Shown: positions 36,539 through 48,840, numbered from the stretch's first letter. The stretch is DNA of 64,000 nucleotides from Patellaria atrata CBS 101060 (GCA_010093705.1 MU006091.1:248001-312000), one strand, 5' to 3'. Notes: generated from the letters alone by a model not told the origin. Made by a program: numbers and translations.

Positions 36539-37956
36539 ATGCATGTGAGTTGGATCTACCTCGCCGTCCTCGGCACAGGATTGCTTGAAACGAGTGGGAG
36601 CTTACATTACCAAGGTCATCGTTGTCGGTGCAGGTCCATCAGGCCTCCTGCTCAGCATCTTGCTCGCGAGAGCAGATATCAAGGTCACCCTGCTAGACTG
36701 CTCCGATACCATCGACTCCCGTCCCAGAGCGGCCCATTATGCGCCCAGTGCGGTCCGAGAACTGGCTCGGGCCGGTGTTCTGGAGGACGTCCGAGCACAA
36801 GGTTTCATCCCGGGAAACATGTGCTGGCGGCGTGTCGATGGCTCGAAGATAGTGGAGTGGAATGATTCCTCCCAAGTGAACAATCCGGAAGCATTAACCG
36901 TTCTTCATATCGCACACCTCCTGGCCGTGCTCCTGGACCACGCGCAGAAAAATCCGAATGTAGACCTGAGATGGAAGCATACAGTTACCGATGTCAAGCA
37001 GGACGAGACATCTGCCACTGCCGTTGTTCGAAAAGAGGATGGTAGCGAGATACAGATGTCAGGGGACTACGTAGTCGGTTGTGATGGCGGTGCCAGCAGA
37101 GTCCGTAAGACTCTCTTTGGCAACAAGTTCGAAGGCCACACTTGGGACGCCCAACTCATAGCAACCAATGTTCGTATCCATAACCCCCTAACCCATATCT
37201 CCCCCTTTCCACTCACACTTCTCAGGTGTACTATCCCGGTTTCGAAAAACACGGTTACAACGACATCAACTTCATAATCGACCCAGAACACTACTACATG
37301 GCCGCCAGAATCACCCGCGACGGCCTCTGGCGCGTCTCCTTCGGCGTGGACCGGCTGTTAGACCTCGACGAAGTAAAGGAAATCCAACCCAAAAAATACG
37401 AAGTCATGCTCCCCGGCAACCCCAAACCCAACGACTACAAACTCGTCTCTCTCTACCCCTACCGCATCCACCAACGGTGCGCCGAAAAATTTCGCGTCGG
37501 GCGCGTCCTGCTCGCTGCCGACGCCGCGCACGTCTGCAATCCCTTTGGCGGAATGGGGCTCACGGGCGGTATCGTGGACGTGGGCGGGCTGGCGGACTGT
37601 TTGGTGGGTGTGGCCAAGGGACTCGCGGATGAGGGTATCCTCGATGTGTATGATGAGCAGAGACGAAGGCTGTGGCATGAGGTTATCAATCCCGTGTCGA
37701 CTAATAACTACCTCCGGGTGAGCTCGAAGGATGTGGAGAAGACGGGTAGGGAGGACGAGGCGTTGAATATGTTTAGGAGGGCGAATGAGGATTCGGAGTA
37801 TAAGAAGGAGGTTGATGAGGTGAGTGCTTCCCTGGGGTGGTGTGTTTTGTTTGAGTGGGTACTGACGGCTTTTGAAAGGGCGCTTATGCTATCTGTTATG
37901 ATTTTACGAAACATTATTTGCAACGTGCCGATTCTGCACTAGAGACTACGGCCTAG
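36539..37956 (+). CDS. FAD-dependent monooxygenase (aromatic hydroxylase, FAD_binding_3 type), 4 exons
   Basis: Micro first exon ATGCAT, then VIVVGAGPSG (Rossmann), VVGCDGGASRVR (DG motif) and RVLLAADAAHVCNPFGGMG (GD motif). The last exon ends ..ETTA* at 37956. Confidence 0.9.
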
Positions 37957-38755
37957 AGCCGCCATACCGCATGTGTGTACACAGGATAGACCATGGCTCA
38001 AAATATAGCAACCTAGGTTCCTGTCCTCTCGACGTCCCATGGTTTATGACCAACGTACATAATCGGTGATAGCATATAAGGACTCAATGTATGTACAGTA
38101 CAGCGTATTAAACCTAAGCTCACAGCATTCGATTGGGTTCCAAGTACTGGAAGATATAAGACAAAAATACAAAATAGTTATCTGAACCCCGACTCTTACA
38201 CGCTCTCAAGTCTCTACACCTTAATCCCTTTCCGCGCCTACCTACGCGTCCTACCGTATCTAATGGACTCCCCAAAACAGTCTTCCATTGTAACTTATAG
38301 GACTGTCCTTGCATTCAACAACTGACAAGTTCCAAAACTCTAACCTGGCACCTCAGTACGACCACCGCAAATGGCCCAAACGCGATCAAAGAAGCTTTTC
38401 TTTTCGTCGGATAGGGAAATTATCCCTGATCTGAGATATTGCCTTGTACAAGTCGCACCCCAAGCCTTACAGAAGGGCAAAGCAAAGTAAAGGATGGACT
38501 AATAAAAAAAAGCCAATTGCTAAGTCTGGCAGAAAATCGCTTCTACGCTACGTTGCGAACGCGGAAGGGGGATCTAACTATGCTCATTCATACCTCATAC
38601 CCATCCATATATCCACCATAATAACGCCCCAAGCCCCTCATTACACGGGGTATAATATACAATCATCATCATTAGCGCTCCTCATAAGTCTATTCCCCTC
38701 CCAAACGCCAGATCTTTTCTTCTATCCCTCGAGCCTTAAGCCGCAGACACATCCC

Positions 38756-40147
38756 CTACGGCCACCTCCCCTCCCCATCCCCCATCCCATCAACAAGACA
38801 AACCCCCTTCTCCCCAACAACCTCCCTCAAATACTCCACAGTAGCATTATCCCTCGAGAAAAAATCCCTCGACCTGGCACCACAATAAATATTCATGGTC
38901 CCCTGCACATCCTCCGGCCCCTTCCCGCCAGCCAAGCGCCCACTATCATCCACGCCCTCATTAACGTTCTTAATCATGCTCGGCGCAGTGATATGATGAA
39001 ACAGCTCCGGGGACGCGGAGAAGCACTTCCACCCCTTATCCCTGCAGGCCTCGAGCGTGCGCACGTCGAACGCGACACACCCCCTCTCGCCCTTCGGCCC
39101 CCCCTCGGTCCCGTGCTCGGCCAGCAGTCTGGCTGCGGAGGCTTGCGTGACCGCGTACCCGAACGTGCAGAGCGGCCAGCGGGACTTGTGCACGATGCGC
39201 TCCTGCTGCCTGAGCCCCATATTCGCGAGGAACTCGGCGGTCTTGTGGTGGAGTTTCCCCCACGGCAGGACGGTGGCGTCCTCGTAGATGGTGTGGGGGA
39301 GCGTCGGGAGGCGTTTGGCGGGGAAGAAGTCGCCGCAGTGGCCGATGTGGAGGAGCTCCCATTGGGTCAGGTCGCCCCAGTAGGTCGGGGAGGAGGTGGG
39401 GAGGGAGGGGGGTTGGGGGGCGTTGGGGGAGTTTTCGGACGGCTCCGGGATCGAGGTTATGGAGTCTGGGGAGGTGAGGGAGCGGAGGGCGCGTGCGGCG
39501 AGGGGGATTTGGGAGAGGCGGAGATGGATGGACCAGTCGACGTCGTCTTCGAGGATTAGGGCTGTTGAGAGGTTTGTGGATTGGAACCTGGGGAGGGATT
39601 GTCAGTGTTTGACGTCTTAGATCGGGGTTTTATGGTCTCGTATGAAAGAGATCTCACCATCTCAAAGCGTTCAAATGCGCCATCCACGCCAACGCACTCC
39701 CGCGATCGATCTTCGAGCCCTGCGGAGAGCGAAAAGCTTCAACGTCGTCTTCGGTCCATGCCGGCTGATTCGGGATATCGATGTCGATGCCGGTGATGTT
39801 GGCAGCGAACAGGAGACCCTCCCTCCGTGCCGAACCCGCCTTGGAAACGGCTATAACGGCGCCAAACTATTCAAGACAAAGCCAATCAGCGAATCATCCT
39901 CATTCATAAGGTAATTTCTCGCATTTCGTCCATATTTTATGTAAACCTGACTCGCGCAAGCGCGATGCTTGTGGGGAACTGGGGGCGGGAAACTCGAGGA
40001 ACTTACACCCAACGTTGAATTGGCGGGCTCGAGACGATCGAGGTGGAAGAGCCGGGCTCCCTGATCGCGCAGGCTGGTGTTGAAGTAGAAGAAGAATGAG
40101 AGAGTGGTGAGTATGAGAACGGTGAGCAGTTTATGGAGCATTTCCAT
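38756..40147 (-). CDS. Glycosyltransferase family 25-like type II membrane protein (3 exons)
   Basis: N-terminal TM anchor, ANSTLG|FGAVIAVS..R, GSALAWMAHLNAL, ALILEDDVDW, ELLHIGHCGD, PLCTFGYAVT and PELFHH. Confidence 0.8.
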
Positions 40148-40896
40148 ACGGTCGCCCGCTTTGGGCTGGCCGGCCGTTTCTTGCTGTGAGGAGGTTGTGA
40201 GCCAAGAGGTGTGAATCGGAACGGCGTGATGCGCGATGGTCAGGGCGATTGGATGCCTTTACCTGGGCGCGAAGCCACCAGAGAACCGGCGCTGAGACGG
40301 GCAGCTTTTGGTGGTTTTATGATGAGTGATGAGTGATGAGTGAGAGGTTGTATGTAACAACTGACGAAGTTACGGGGTGGTGAGTGATTAAGCAGAGGTT
40401 ATGCGATGTATCAGCCCTAGGAACAAAGCAGCCACCTTTGCATTTTCGTTTCATCTATTTCCTGAGGGGATTTTGTTGTTGTTGACAATCATATCTATGA
40501 AAGGGAGACAGGGGCATATAAACATATTGAAACATATAGCCATTATCACTTTTTTCCGTCCAGCTTCACCATCTAACTGGATCTTAACAGTTAAGAGTAT
40601 CTTTATAATAAGCATCTATAATACGAATGGTTACATCTTTTCTCGCATGTTTTACGAACATTACGAACATGACGAAGATGAGCAAAACTTCTCCTAAGAG
40701 GGCTCGCCTGAATCCTTTCCTTTTAGCTTTCTCTTTGGAATGATTATTGGTCACTGGCCTCAAGGCTGAGATTATCCAATTCAAGCAGTTCAGCTCGTGA
40801 CATATCCTATTTTTCTACTCTTCACATCCCCTTATGCTAAAATAATGTTGTATTGACTTTCTAGTACTTTTGTACGTTTGAAGCTCTGTCCCCTTT

Positions 40897-43800
40897 GTGA
40901 CGTTGATCCCCCTTGCGGCTCAGTCCCACCATTTACAAAGTGAGAACACCAGCGAGCAACGAGAACGCGCCTTGCATTCCACGCGTCAAATGCATCGCAC
41001 AACATCATGCTCACCAGAGATCGAGTCTTCCTCCGCACCAGCACCACCGCCCTCAGAGCACAAGTTCTCGCGCTACCGCTCCGTGCGGAAGAAACACCAT
41101 GAGCCCCCATCCATCCCCACCCCTCCCCCTCCCGTACCGGCAATGCCACCACTCCCAGTACAAGAGAGCCATAGTTCTCAATTGAAACCGAGCATATCGC
41201 GCTATCACCGCCGTCCTACTACCTCTGCAGGCCCCAAGGAGAGTATGATGTCGCCGTCATCGAAACAATCTCCTCCCCCGGCTGTTAAAGCACCTGCTAC
41301 CCCGGTCCAGCGCACGCGAGCAAACACTTCCTCCCAAGCCCGGTATCAATTGCGGGTAAACGGGTCGCCCAGTGTCTCTACTGATCAATTACCTAAGACC
41401 ATGCCAGCGAGGGTGCAGACGGATCCTCAACGCCCAAGGACATCACATAGACAACCTGCGCGGGACGCTAGAGACCCCCCCGAAGATGCTCGGAATGAGG
41501 CGCGACAATTGATGGCATTGGAGGCAAAGCGCATGGAGAAGCTCAAGGAGAAGATGAGGCAGGAGAAGCAGGCAAGAGAAGAAGCTGATGCTGCGGAACG
41601 TGAGAACCAACGGCGGAAGACAGAGGAAGCAGAGAAGCAAAGGGTTGAGAAAGAGGCAGAGGAAGCAAACAAAGTGTTGGCGAAGAAGGAGGCGAAATCG
41701 AGGGAACATATGCTGGTGGAGAAGGAAAAGGAGAGAATACGGGAGGAAAGAGAACGGTTGAAGAAGGAAAAAGAGGAGTGGGAAGCGCAGAAGAAGGCTG
41801 AGCTGAAGAAATTAGAAGCTGAGGCAAAAGCAAGGGATTATCAACAGGAAGCCAGACGTACCGAATCGTCACCCTCGAGATCAGGACTCAAGGCATTGTT
41901 GAGGAAACGTGTAGATACTAATCCAAGTAAACCAACTCCTGCAATTGGACCACTTACTGCTGGTAATGGACCACCCAAATCAGCTCCCAACTTTGACGAA
42001 CCAGCAGTCATTCGCCCTGGAGGTGGAGGGGTGGTGCCAGGAACGGATGCTCCGATATCAGCAGTCAATGCTGGTGATCGCCGGGTCATGGTCGAATGCA
42101 ACAAGTCTGCCATGCTTCTTCCCATAACCCCAACAACTACACCATTAGACCTCATCCGTTCAGCGGCTACGGTCATGTCAGAGTCTATCAATCCGAAAGC
42201 ATCGGTATTGTTAGAGAATTTCTCGAGAGGTGGAGTGCAAAGGCCATTGAGACATTATGAACATGTCAGAGACGTCATGAATTCCTGGGATGATGACAGA
42301 CAAAACACTCTCCACTTGGTAGAATCTCCAACCGATGGACATGATGAAGATCTTATGGCAAGTTCTGTCCCCTCAGAAAGACCCGAAGAATTCACATTCG
42401 TCCTGTACCATTCTCAAAAACCAGGACATTGGTCGAAAAGATTCGTCACACTCCGCACAGACGGGCAAATGGTGATAGCAAAGAACGACCGCGGAAAAGA
42501 ATCAGCAAACATCTGCCATCTCTCCGATTTTGACATCTACACGCCCACCAGGGAAAAGCTCACAAAGACGGTCAAACCTCCCAAGAAACAGTGCTTTGCA
42601 ATCAAAAGCCAGCAGAAGCCAAATATGTTCATAAATACTTCAAACTTCGTACAGTATTTCTGTACCAACGACCGTGACCTCGCCGCCCGCTTTTACAAAG
42701 CGGTTCAGGGGTGGCGTAGTTGGTATCTCGTCAACGTGATGGGCGAAGGGCAATCAAAGTCCAAGCCTAAACCCGAAACCGTTTCGAACGGATTCAAACC
42801 TCTTGATCTCGGCTTTGGCAATAGCGGCAATAGTCTACCCGGTGCTCACACCAGAGATCAGTCCATCGATTCACACTACCAACTCGGCTCCTTCCAACCT
42901 CTCATGGACCTCTCCATGTTCGAAAAACGAGTCAGCGTCGTCGAAAATCCGAATCTCAACCCCTTATTCACCTCCACACCTCTATATCGCTCCGATAGCA
43001 CGCGCGCCCGCCACAGCCGCAAACTCTCCATGCGCAACAAAGCGCACCACGGCCACTCCACGCACCCCTCCTCCGACTCCAACGGCCCAACCCGTCTCCC
43101 ATCCCTCACCCCTTCTTCCGCCGAGTCCAACAACAACTCCTCCCTCTCCGACCAGCTCACCTTTTCCCCCACGGGCCTACTAGGACGCTCATACTCCCAA
43201 CGCCGCGCCCACGCCGAAGCCCAAGCGGCGAAACTCGCCTCCCCCTTCACATCAGGCCCCTCCCTCCTCAACGACCTCGACCCGTCCAACAACCCCAACA
43301 ATACTAACTTCCCAACCCGCATGTCCAGCACCCGCTCAACCCGCCACAAAGGCCCCACAGACCTCCCCCACCCAAAACCCCTCATCGACCTCGCGCCCAC
43401 GTACAAAGAACCTATCCACCACGCCCTCAAAGGCAAAGCACACATCCCCCCGCCCTCCAAATCGGGAACCACCCTCATCGCCTCCGCCACCTCGCCCGCC
43501 GCAGACCCAGAGTCGAACCCCGCCCTCACCATTTCCATCCCGCCCGCGCGCACAGCCCCCGTGATAGCCCGCAACGCCGCACCGGGCGCGAACCCGCACA
43601 ACGCCCACACGGCGGGCCCGCGCATCGCGGGTATTTCGAACAACCACTCCGCGCTCGTGCCGGACGAGAGGGAGGCGTTCACGGGCGGTTTACTAGCAGG
43701 TGTTGGGGTGGTGGATGCGGAGAGGGATCATGGGCTCACGACGGGGGTTTATGGGAATGGGAAACAGGGTCCCTTGGTCGAAATTAGGGACGAGAGTTGC

Positions 43801-43920
43801 TTCGTTAAGGGGAGTTTGCTTGAGGGGTTGGAGGGGGAGGGGGAGAGGGAGAGGGCGCCCGTTGTGGATAGGGAGAGGAGGTGGGAGGTTGTGGTTGGGG
43901 TTGGTGAGGGGGTTGATTAG
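40897..43920 (+). CDS. Large signalling-type protein: Pro-rich region, coiled coil, ubiquitin/RA-like domain and PH domain
   Basis: About 1000-aa ORF; the real ATG start is probably near 40990. QRPLRHYEHVRDVMNSW is RA-like, and WSKRFVTLRTDG...CFAIKSQQK...FYKAVQGWRSWY is PH-like. Confidence 0.75.
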   Translation: MTLIPLAAQSHHLQSENTSEQRERALHSTRQMHRTTSCSPEIESSSAPAPPPSEHKFSRYRSVRKKHHEPPSIPTPPPPVPAMPPLPVQESHSSQLKPSISRYHRRPTTSAGPKESMMSPSSKQSPPPAVKAPATPVQRTRANTSSQARYQLRVNGSPSVSTDQLPKTMPARVQTDPQRPRTSHRQPARDARDPPEDARNEARQLMALEAKRMEKLKEKMRQEKQAREEADAAERENQRRKTEEAEKQRVEKEAEEANKVLAKKEAKSREHMLVEKEKERIREERERLKKEKEEWEAQKKAELKKLEAEAKARDYQQEARRTESSPSRSGLKALLRKRVDTNPSKPTPAIGPLTAGNGPPKSAPNFDEPAVIRPGGGGVVPGTDAPISAVNAGDRRVMVECNKSAMLLPITPTTTPLDLIRSAATVMSESINPKASVLLENFSRGGVQRPLRHYEHVRDVMNSWDDDRQNTLHLVESPTDGHDEDLMASSVPSERPEEFTFVLYHSQKPGHWSKRFVTLRTDGQMVIAKNDRGKESANICHLSDFDIYTPTREKLTKTVKPPKKQCFAIKSQQKPNMFINTSNFVQYFCTNDRDLAARFYKAVQGWRSWYLVNVMGEGQSKSKPKPETVSNGFKPLDLGFGNSGNSLPGAHTRDQSIDSHYQLGSFQPLMDLSMFEKRVSVVENPNLNPLFTSTPLYRSDSTRARHSRKLSMRNKAHHGHSTHPSSDSNGPTRLPSLTPSSAESNNNSSLSDQLTFSPTGLLGRSYSQRRAHAEAQAAKLASPFTSGPSLLNDLDPSNNPNNTNFPTRMSSTRSTRHKGPTDLPHPKPLIDLAPTYKEPIHHALKGKAHIPPPSKSGTTLIASATSPAADPESNPALTISIPPARTAPVIARNAAPGANPHNAHTAGPRIAGISNNHSALVPDEREAFTGGLLAGVGVVDAERDHGLTTGVYGNGKQGPLVEIRDESCFVKGSLLEGLEGEGERERAPVVDRERRWEVVVGVGEGVD

Positions 43921-43921
43921 G

Positions 43922-44021
43922 NNNNNNNNNNNNNNNNNNNNNNNNNNNNNNNNNNNNNNNNNNNNNNNNNNNNNNNNNNNNNNNNNNNNNNNNNNNNNNN
44001 NNNNNNNNNNNNNNNNNNNNN
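43922..44021. other. Assembly gap (100 N)
   Basis: Run of N. Confidence 1.
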
Positions 44022-44309
44022 TTTTTCCCTTTTTGGGAGGGCGGTAGGGTTACTGTTGGGGGTTAAGGGGAAGGGATTGAAGGGAAAGGGAGGGACGAGG
44101 GGTTCGGTATAATGTCCCCATGTGTATCCGTTGTGATGTTCAATTTACTCATATTTCCGTTGCGCTGGCTAACGGAGCTTGTATAACATAAAAAGATGTG
44201 TTTCTGTAGAAGGGATGGAAATACCACACCTGCTACAGACCGGTATATCCGAAGTTTATGCATCTGCGTATCTCCATCCCTGTTTGCGTTTGATGCCTCT
44301 GCTGGGTTG

Positions 44310-44570
44310 CTCATTTAGTACTGTATACGCCTATTGGTACTATGTACTCTACCTGTTCAGTACGATCGACTCCCTTCAGTATCATCTACTTATTCACTAC
44401 CGTTTACTCATTGAATACCGCCCATTTATTCACTACCGTCTACCTGTTCATTGCTATCTACCTCAATACTATCTACTCATTTAGTACTGTATGCTCATTC
44501 AGTACCGTCTACCTGTTCAGTACCGTCTACCTCTACCTGGTCAGTACCGTCTTCCCATTCGATATCATAT
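44310..44570. repeat. Degenerate ~18-bp minisatellite (consensus near TTCAGTACCGTCTACCTG)
   Basis: Recurring units such as ttcagtaccgtctacctg, ttcactaccgtttactca and tttagtactgtatgctca. Confidence 0.7.
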
Positions 44571-44750
44571 ACTAATTAACATACAATATATTCATTCGCC
44601 GAACATCTGCTCGATCCGTACGGTTTGCATCTTCTTCATCATATACCCGTTGTTCATAATACCGTATAACCGTTCTTTATAGCCTACCTGTTGGGTCCAA
44701 ACCGCTTCTATACACTCGACATCCGCTCATACAACCCACACCTTCTATTC

Positions 44751-44810
44751 ACTCCACACCCTCTGTCCACTCTACACCGTCTGTCCACTCTACACCCTTT
44801 GTCCACTCCG
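44751..44810. repeat. 18-bp tandem repeat x3 (ACTCTACACCCTCTGTCC)
   Basis: actccacaccctctgtcc / actctacaccgtctgtcc / actctacaccctttgtcc. Confidence 0.8.
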
Positions 44811-45077
44811 CTCATATCGTCCAATCTATCCTCTACTCGTCCCCTCTGTCAATTCAGTCCAACGCAGTCCTCTCACATGGTCCGCTAATTCCCTCTAGTC
44901 GAACTCAACAACTCAGTAGGGAAAGGTCAAAAACAAATTCCGTTCACGACGTTTACCTCAATGCATGCATGAAGAATGTTATATATCCATTTATAAAACT
45001 AGTGACTACAGACAGCTACCCATTCGTCCCCTTATACAATTTCGCAACAGCAACTACTTTTGTCAAATTTCTCACTC

Positions 45078-45123
45078 ACCACCAACACCACCACCACCAC
45101 CACCACCACCACCATCATCATCA
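45078..45123. repeat. (CAC)n/(CAT)n microsatellite
   Basis: Direct reading of the sequence. Confidence 0.85.
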
Positions 45124-45897
45124 CCCTTGATAAAGAATAATACTGTCTGTTAAAGAGCGTCTGGAAAAATTATGTAAACCACATGAATCGAAAGAAAAAG
45201 GAAATATGATATATAGGAATAAAGTGCTGAAGAAAAAAAAATAAAAAATAAAATGACATCCACCATCCCCGACCACGAAGCGCCCTCCATGTGCTATATT
45301 TTGTCCATCTGGCTAGCGTTTACAAAATTCACCTGACCTCACCCTTGCCGAAAAAAATTCTCTTCACTTTGACAAGAAATATATAGGCCGTAACGACACG
45401 GAGTATTGTTGTTTCCGACCAAACCTCCCGACGCCCCTTCTTCCAGATTCCTAGCCCACCAAAGCCGCCGCTGACGCTATGCTTGATCACATCCTGAGAT
45501 GGTAAGAAACTCGCAAATCGACGAAATTAGATAGTCCAAGAAACAGAACGCGGAACGGCAAAAACTGAAATGATGACAAAAAACAGAAAGATCGCCGAAA
45601 TTGAAAACAGAGAACAATTGAAATGAAATGTGTGATGTACCGAAAACAGACATCACCACTTTTAGAGTGCGAACCTAAACCATGCCTTTTAAATGGTAGG
45701 TCGCGTCAAGATCCCTTCTATAAGTGCCCATCCACCGTCGTCCTCATCGACCTGACGGTACGATCCATTCTTTGAGAAAACTCCCCCAATGAATCCTGTG
45801 ATCGAACGATCCCGCCGACGCCGTGCTAATAGATCAGATATATTTTTCGAGGTAGATCCATCTCTTTCATTATAAACGTGCGAGACCAGCAAGGGAC

Positions 45898-47953
45898 TTA
45901 TGCCGGTGACTTCCCCGAGTTGTTGGGAGCATTACGACGAGAGTCATCCATAGACAAACCACTTAGTCCGCTAGAAAGGAAAGAAAATGGGTCATTCTGA
46001 CCCTCAGAGAACCCGCCATTGGAGAAGCCTGCACCTCCGGAAGGAGGCATTTGACCGGCGGAAGAGAAGGCGGCCTCGGCACGGCTGTCAAATCCGGTGG
46101 AATGCATACCACCATTATGGGGGGCAAACTGGGGGTTCATTGGTGGATAGGGACTGGCACCTCCAAGACCAGATGGAAGAGCATAGGTGCTTGGCGGTCC
46201 TCCGAAAGGTTGCCCTGGGAAGCCAGCACCAGACCCAAACGCACCGGGACCGGGGAAGGGACCAGGCCCAGGTGTACCGGCCATGGAAGGTGGACCCATG
46301 CCGAAGCTGGACGGTGTGTCCATCGGTGATGGGAAAGCAGAGTCAGCAACGACAGCAGCACCAGCACGACTAGCACCGCAGCGGAGACAGCTGACATTTT
46401 TGGCAAAATTGTGGTAGCCACATCCATCCGAACCACACTTCCAATCTCCAGCTCTGAAGGGAACAATACCACCACTGTTTCCTCCACGCATGTGTCCCAT
46501 GCCGTGGCCGTGTCCCATATGGTGCTGAGGAGCCATCATGGGATGACCGTACGGATATCCATAGCCCATTTGGTCGGGTCCTGGACCGGCATTCATAGCT
46601 GGGAAGGAGCAACGGAAACATGCTGTTCGGCGTTGGAAGTTGGAGAAACCGCAAGATGGGCAGGTCCAGTCACCAGGTCGTGGTCTATTCTTGCTCGGTG
46701 GGAATGGTGTTAGAATTTCGGCGGCACGGTCAAGCACACGACTGGATGAGGGTGAGACTTCAATGGCTTTCTCGTTCAATGCACGACCATTCATGCAAAG
46801 ACTTTCGGCGGCCTAATTATATTGTGAGCGTGTATGAGTTAGCGAATCTGTAATGTCCATACCTCTTCGTGGGAGGAAAACACAGCAAAACCAGAGCCGG
46901 TGGGTTTATGTTGATCGGGAGTTCGAAGTGTCCAAAAAGCAATTGGGCGACCACCAAATTGAGTGAACCAGCTCTCAAGTTCGGACTGGGTAGTATCATG
47001 AGGTAGACCACTCATGTGCAAGACCTTGCTACGCTCGTTAAGGAAAGCTCTAACATCAGCTCTGGCGTCCATGGGGCGAGTTAGTACGTCGGGATGCTCG
47101 TGTTGTGGTTGGGACTTGCGAATCAATCCTCTTAAAACTCGGGCAAGTGTAACGGCCTCTTCCATAGCCCGCCTAGGCGAGGCAGGAGCAAGGGCTTGAA
47201 GGTGGAATGGAAGATTGTGTTTGATGGGAGCGGAGGACTGTACAGGTTCAACTTCAAGAGCAGCACATATGTTTGCTAGAGCACTTGAACCAAAGGGTAA
47301 AGACTCTGGATGATGTGCTTGCCAACGTTGATACTCGGTGCGAAGGTCAAAGGTACGTGAATGTTGTAGATATGGCGGTAAGACAACACTTTTGTCTCTA
47401 GCTTCTCGAGGTAGCTGCACCCTAAGATCCCAAGAGTCCAATGTGACAAAGGCAAACTCCAAGCTATTGGGGACTATATGTTCTTGTGCAAACGAATCGA
47501 ATCGATTGATGGCGTCCCTGAAGGAGCCGGAGTTACGAACGTGCTCCCAGGTGAGGGTGGTCAAGCTTGCTGTTGTGAAAGAGATTTGTGTCAGTACAGA
47601 AGCTGAGTAAGCGGGGAGGTTGAAAAGTAAACAATGAGAAGACTTACTGCAGAGAGGAGTGATCGGGGTATTTACCGGCTTCACTAAAACGCTTTCGCGG
47701 TGCAACTTCCCTGATGTCAGTGGATGTTGTGAAAACGGGAAGGAGCGGGTGATGATAAACTAGGAAAGAGTGAAAAATTTACCTCTTCACAAGACTTTGC
47801 ATCAAGCAGAATCCAGCCGATCTCAATGACTTCGGCCGAGTCTTTTGTAACGTATACTCCATGTTCGTCACACGTCGTTGCTACGTGGATGACCACGTAG
47901 CGGTCAAGATTGTTTGAGGTCTGTTGTTGCTGTTGTTGCTGATTTGCTGCCAT
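45898..47953 (-). CDS. NRP1: RNA-binding protein, Nrp1/Dri1-like (exonuclease-like domain + RRM + two RanBP2 zinc fingers), 4 exons
   Basis: RRM (VLHMSGLPHDTT, TGSGFAVF) and zinc fingers PGDWTCPSCGFSNFQRRTACFRC and GDWKCGSDGCGYHNFAKNVSCLRC. Three GT-AG introns were traced. Confidence 0.85.
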
Positions 47954-48840
47954 ATTCACGGGACAAGTGGAAGACTAATGAGGCAAGGCGTCGAATATAT
48001 ATATGGATATGGTAAAAAAAAAAATTAAAAATAAAAAGTAAAAAATAAAAAAAAAAAGTAGGGTAAAAAACGATGGAGGATGGGTTGAAGGTCCAAGTAG
48101 GGAGTGTATAGGGTGAGTGGACCGAATTCGAGGTCGAAGCTCAGGGAAGGAGGGAGAGAGTAAAAGTCAATAACAGAAAAAAAGAGTCAAGGTCTCCCGC
48201 AAATGTCAGCAAAGTTCACCGGCCAATGGAGTGAATAAGGTGAGGTTTGTATAAGAAGACGTTGAAAACCAATCCCCAAACACCTGACCGAAGCAAGATG
48301 AACTTTTGGGCAGTGAAATCAAGGGTTGGTGAGAGTTTGTAAAGAGAGAGAGGATGAGAACGGATGAGAAAAGAGGAATTGAATTTGATTTGCGAAACCC
48401 GGCCGTGACGGATATACCCAGTCTAGTCACAGCTTTTGAGGGAACTAAACTTGATTCAGATTGACACCGTTTAGGGCGTTAAACTTAATCTTGAATGCCT
48501 ACAGTATGTACGGTATGTGTATTCATTGCTTAGGCACGTTAGGGGTATTATTAGTAGCTTTTTCCCTGTGCTGTACGCGTATGGCGTTTATAAATTATTC
48601 TATGGATACAGCCAGTATGAATGTTGACAATACCGCCAATGTTTTTTTTTTTTTTGAAGTTGAATACTCGTAGATGGTACAAAGTCAGTTTAAGGTATCA
48701 GGCTAACATCAGGCCATGCCTTTGAAGTCGTGCTTTCTACATTTGGACTCAAACGTCAAAGGCCTTCACTCGTACCATGGCACTCTTCGGTACCGACTTT
48801 TCACCTCCGGAACCCCATAGCAACCTCGTGGTAGGACAAA

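Noticed and set aside
38444..39559. 371-aa plus-strand ORF
   Set aside because: Antisense shadow of the GC-rich GT25 gene, with no motifs.
42876..43682. 268-aa minus-strand ORF
   Set aside because: Antisense to the C-rich tail of the PH-domain gene. Stop depletion is explained by composition.
44310..44570. Repeat array considered as CRISPR-like
   Set aside because: Units are tandem and degenerate without unique spacers, the context is eukaryotic, and no cas genes are present.
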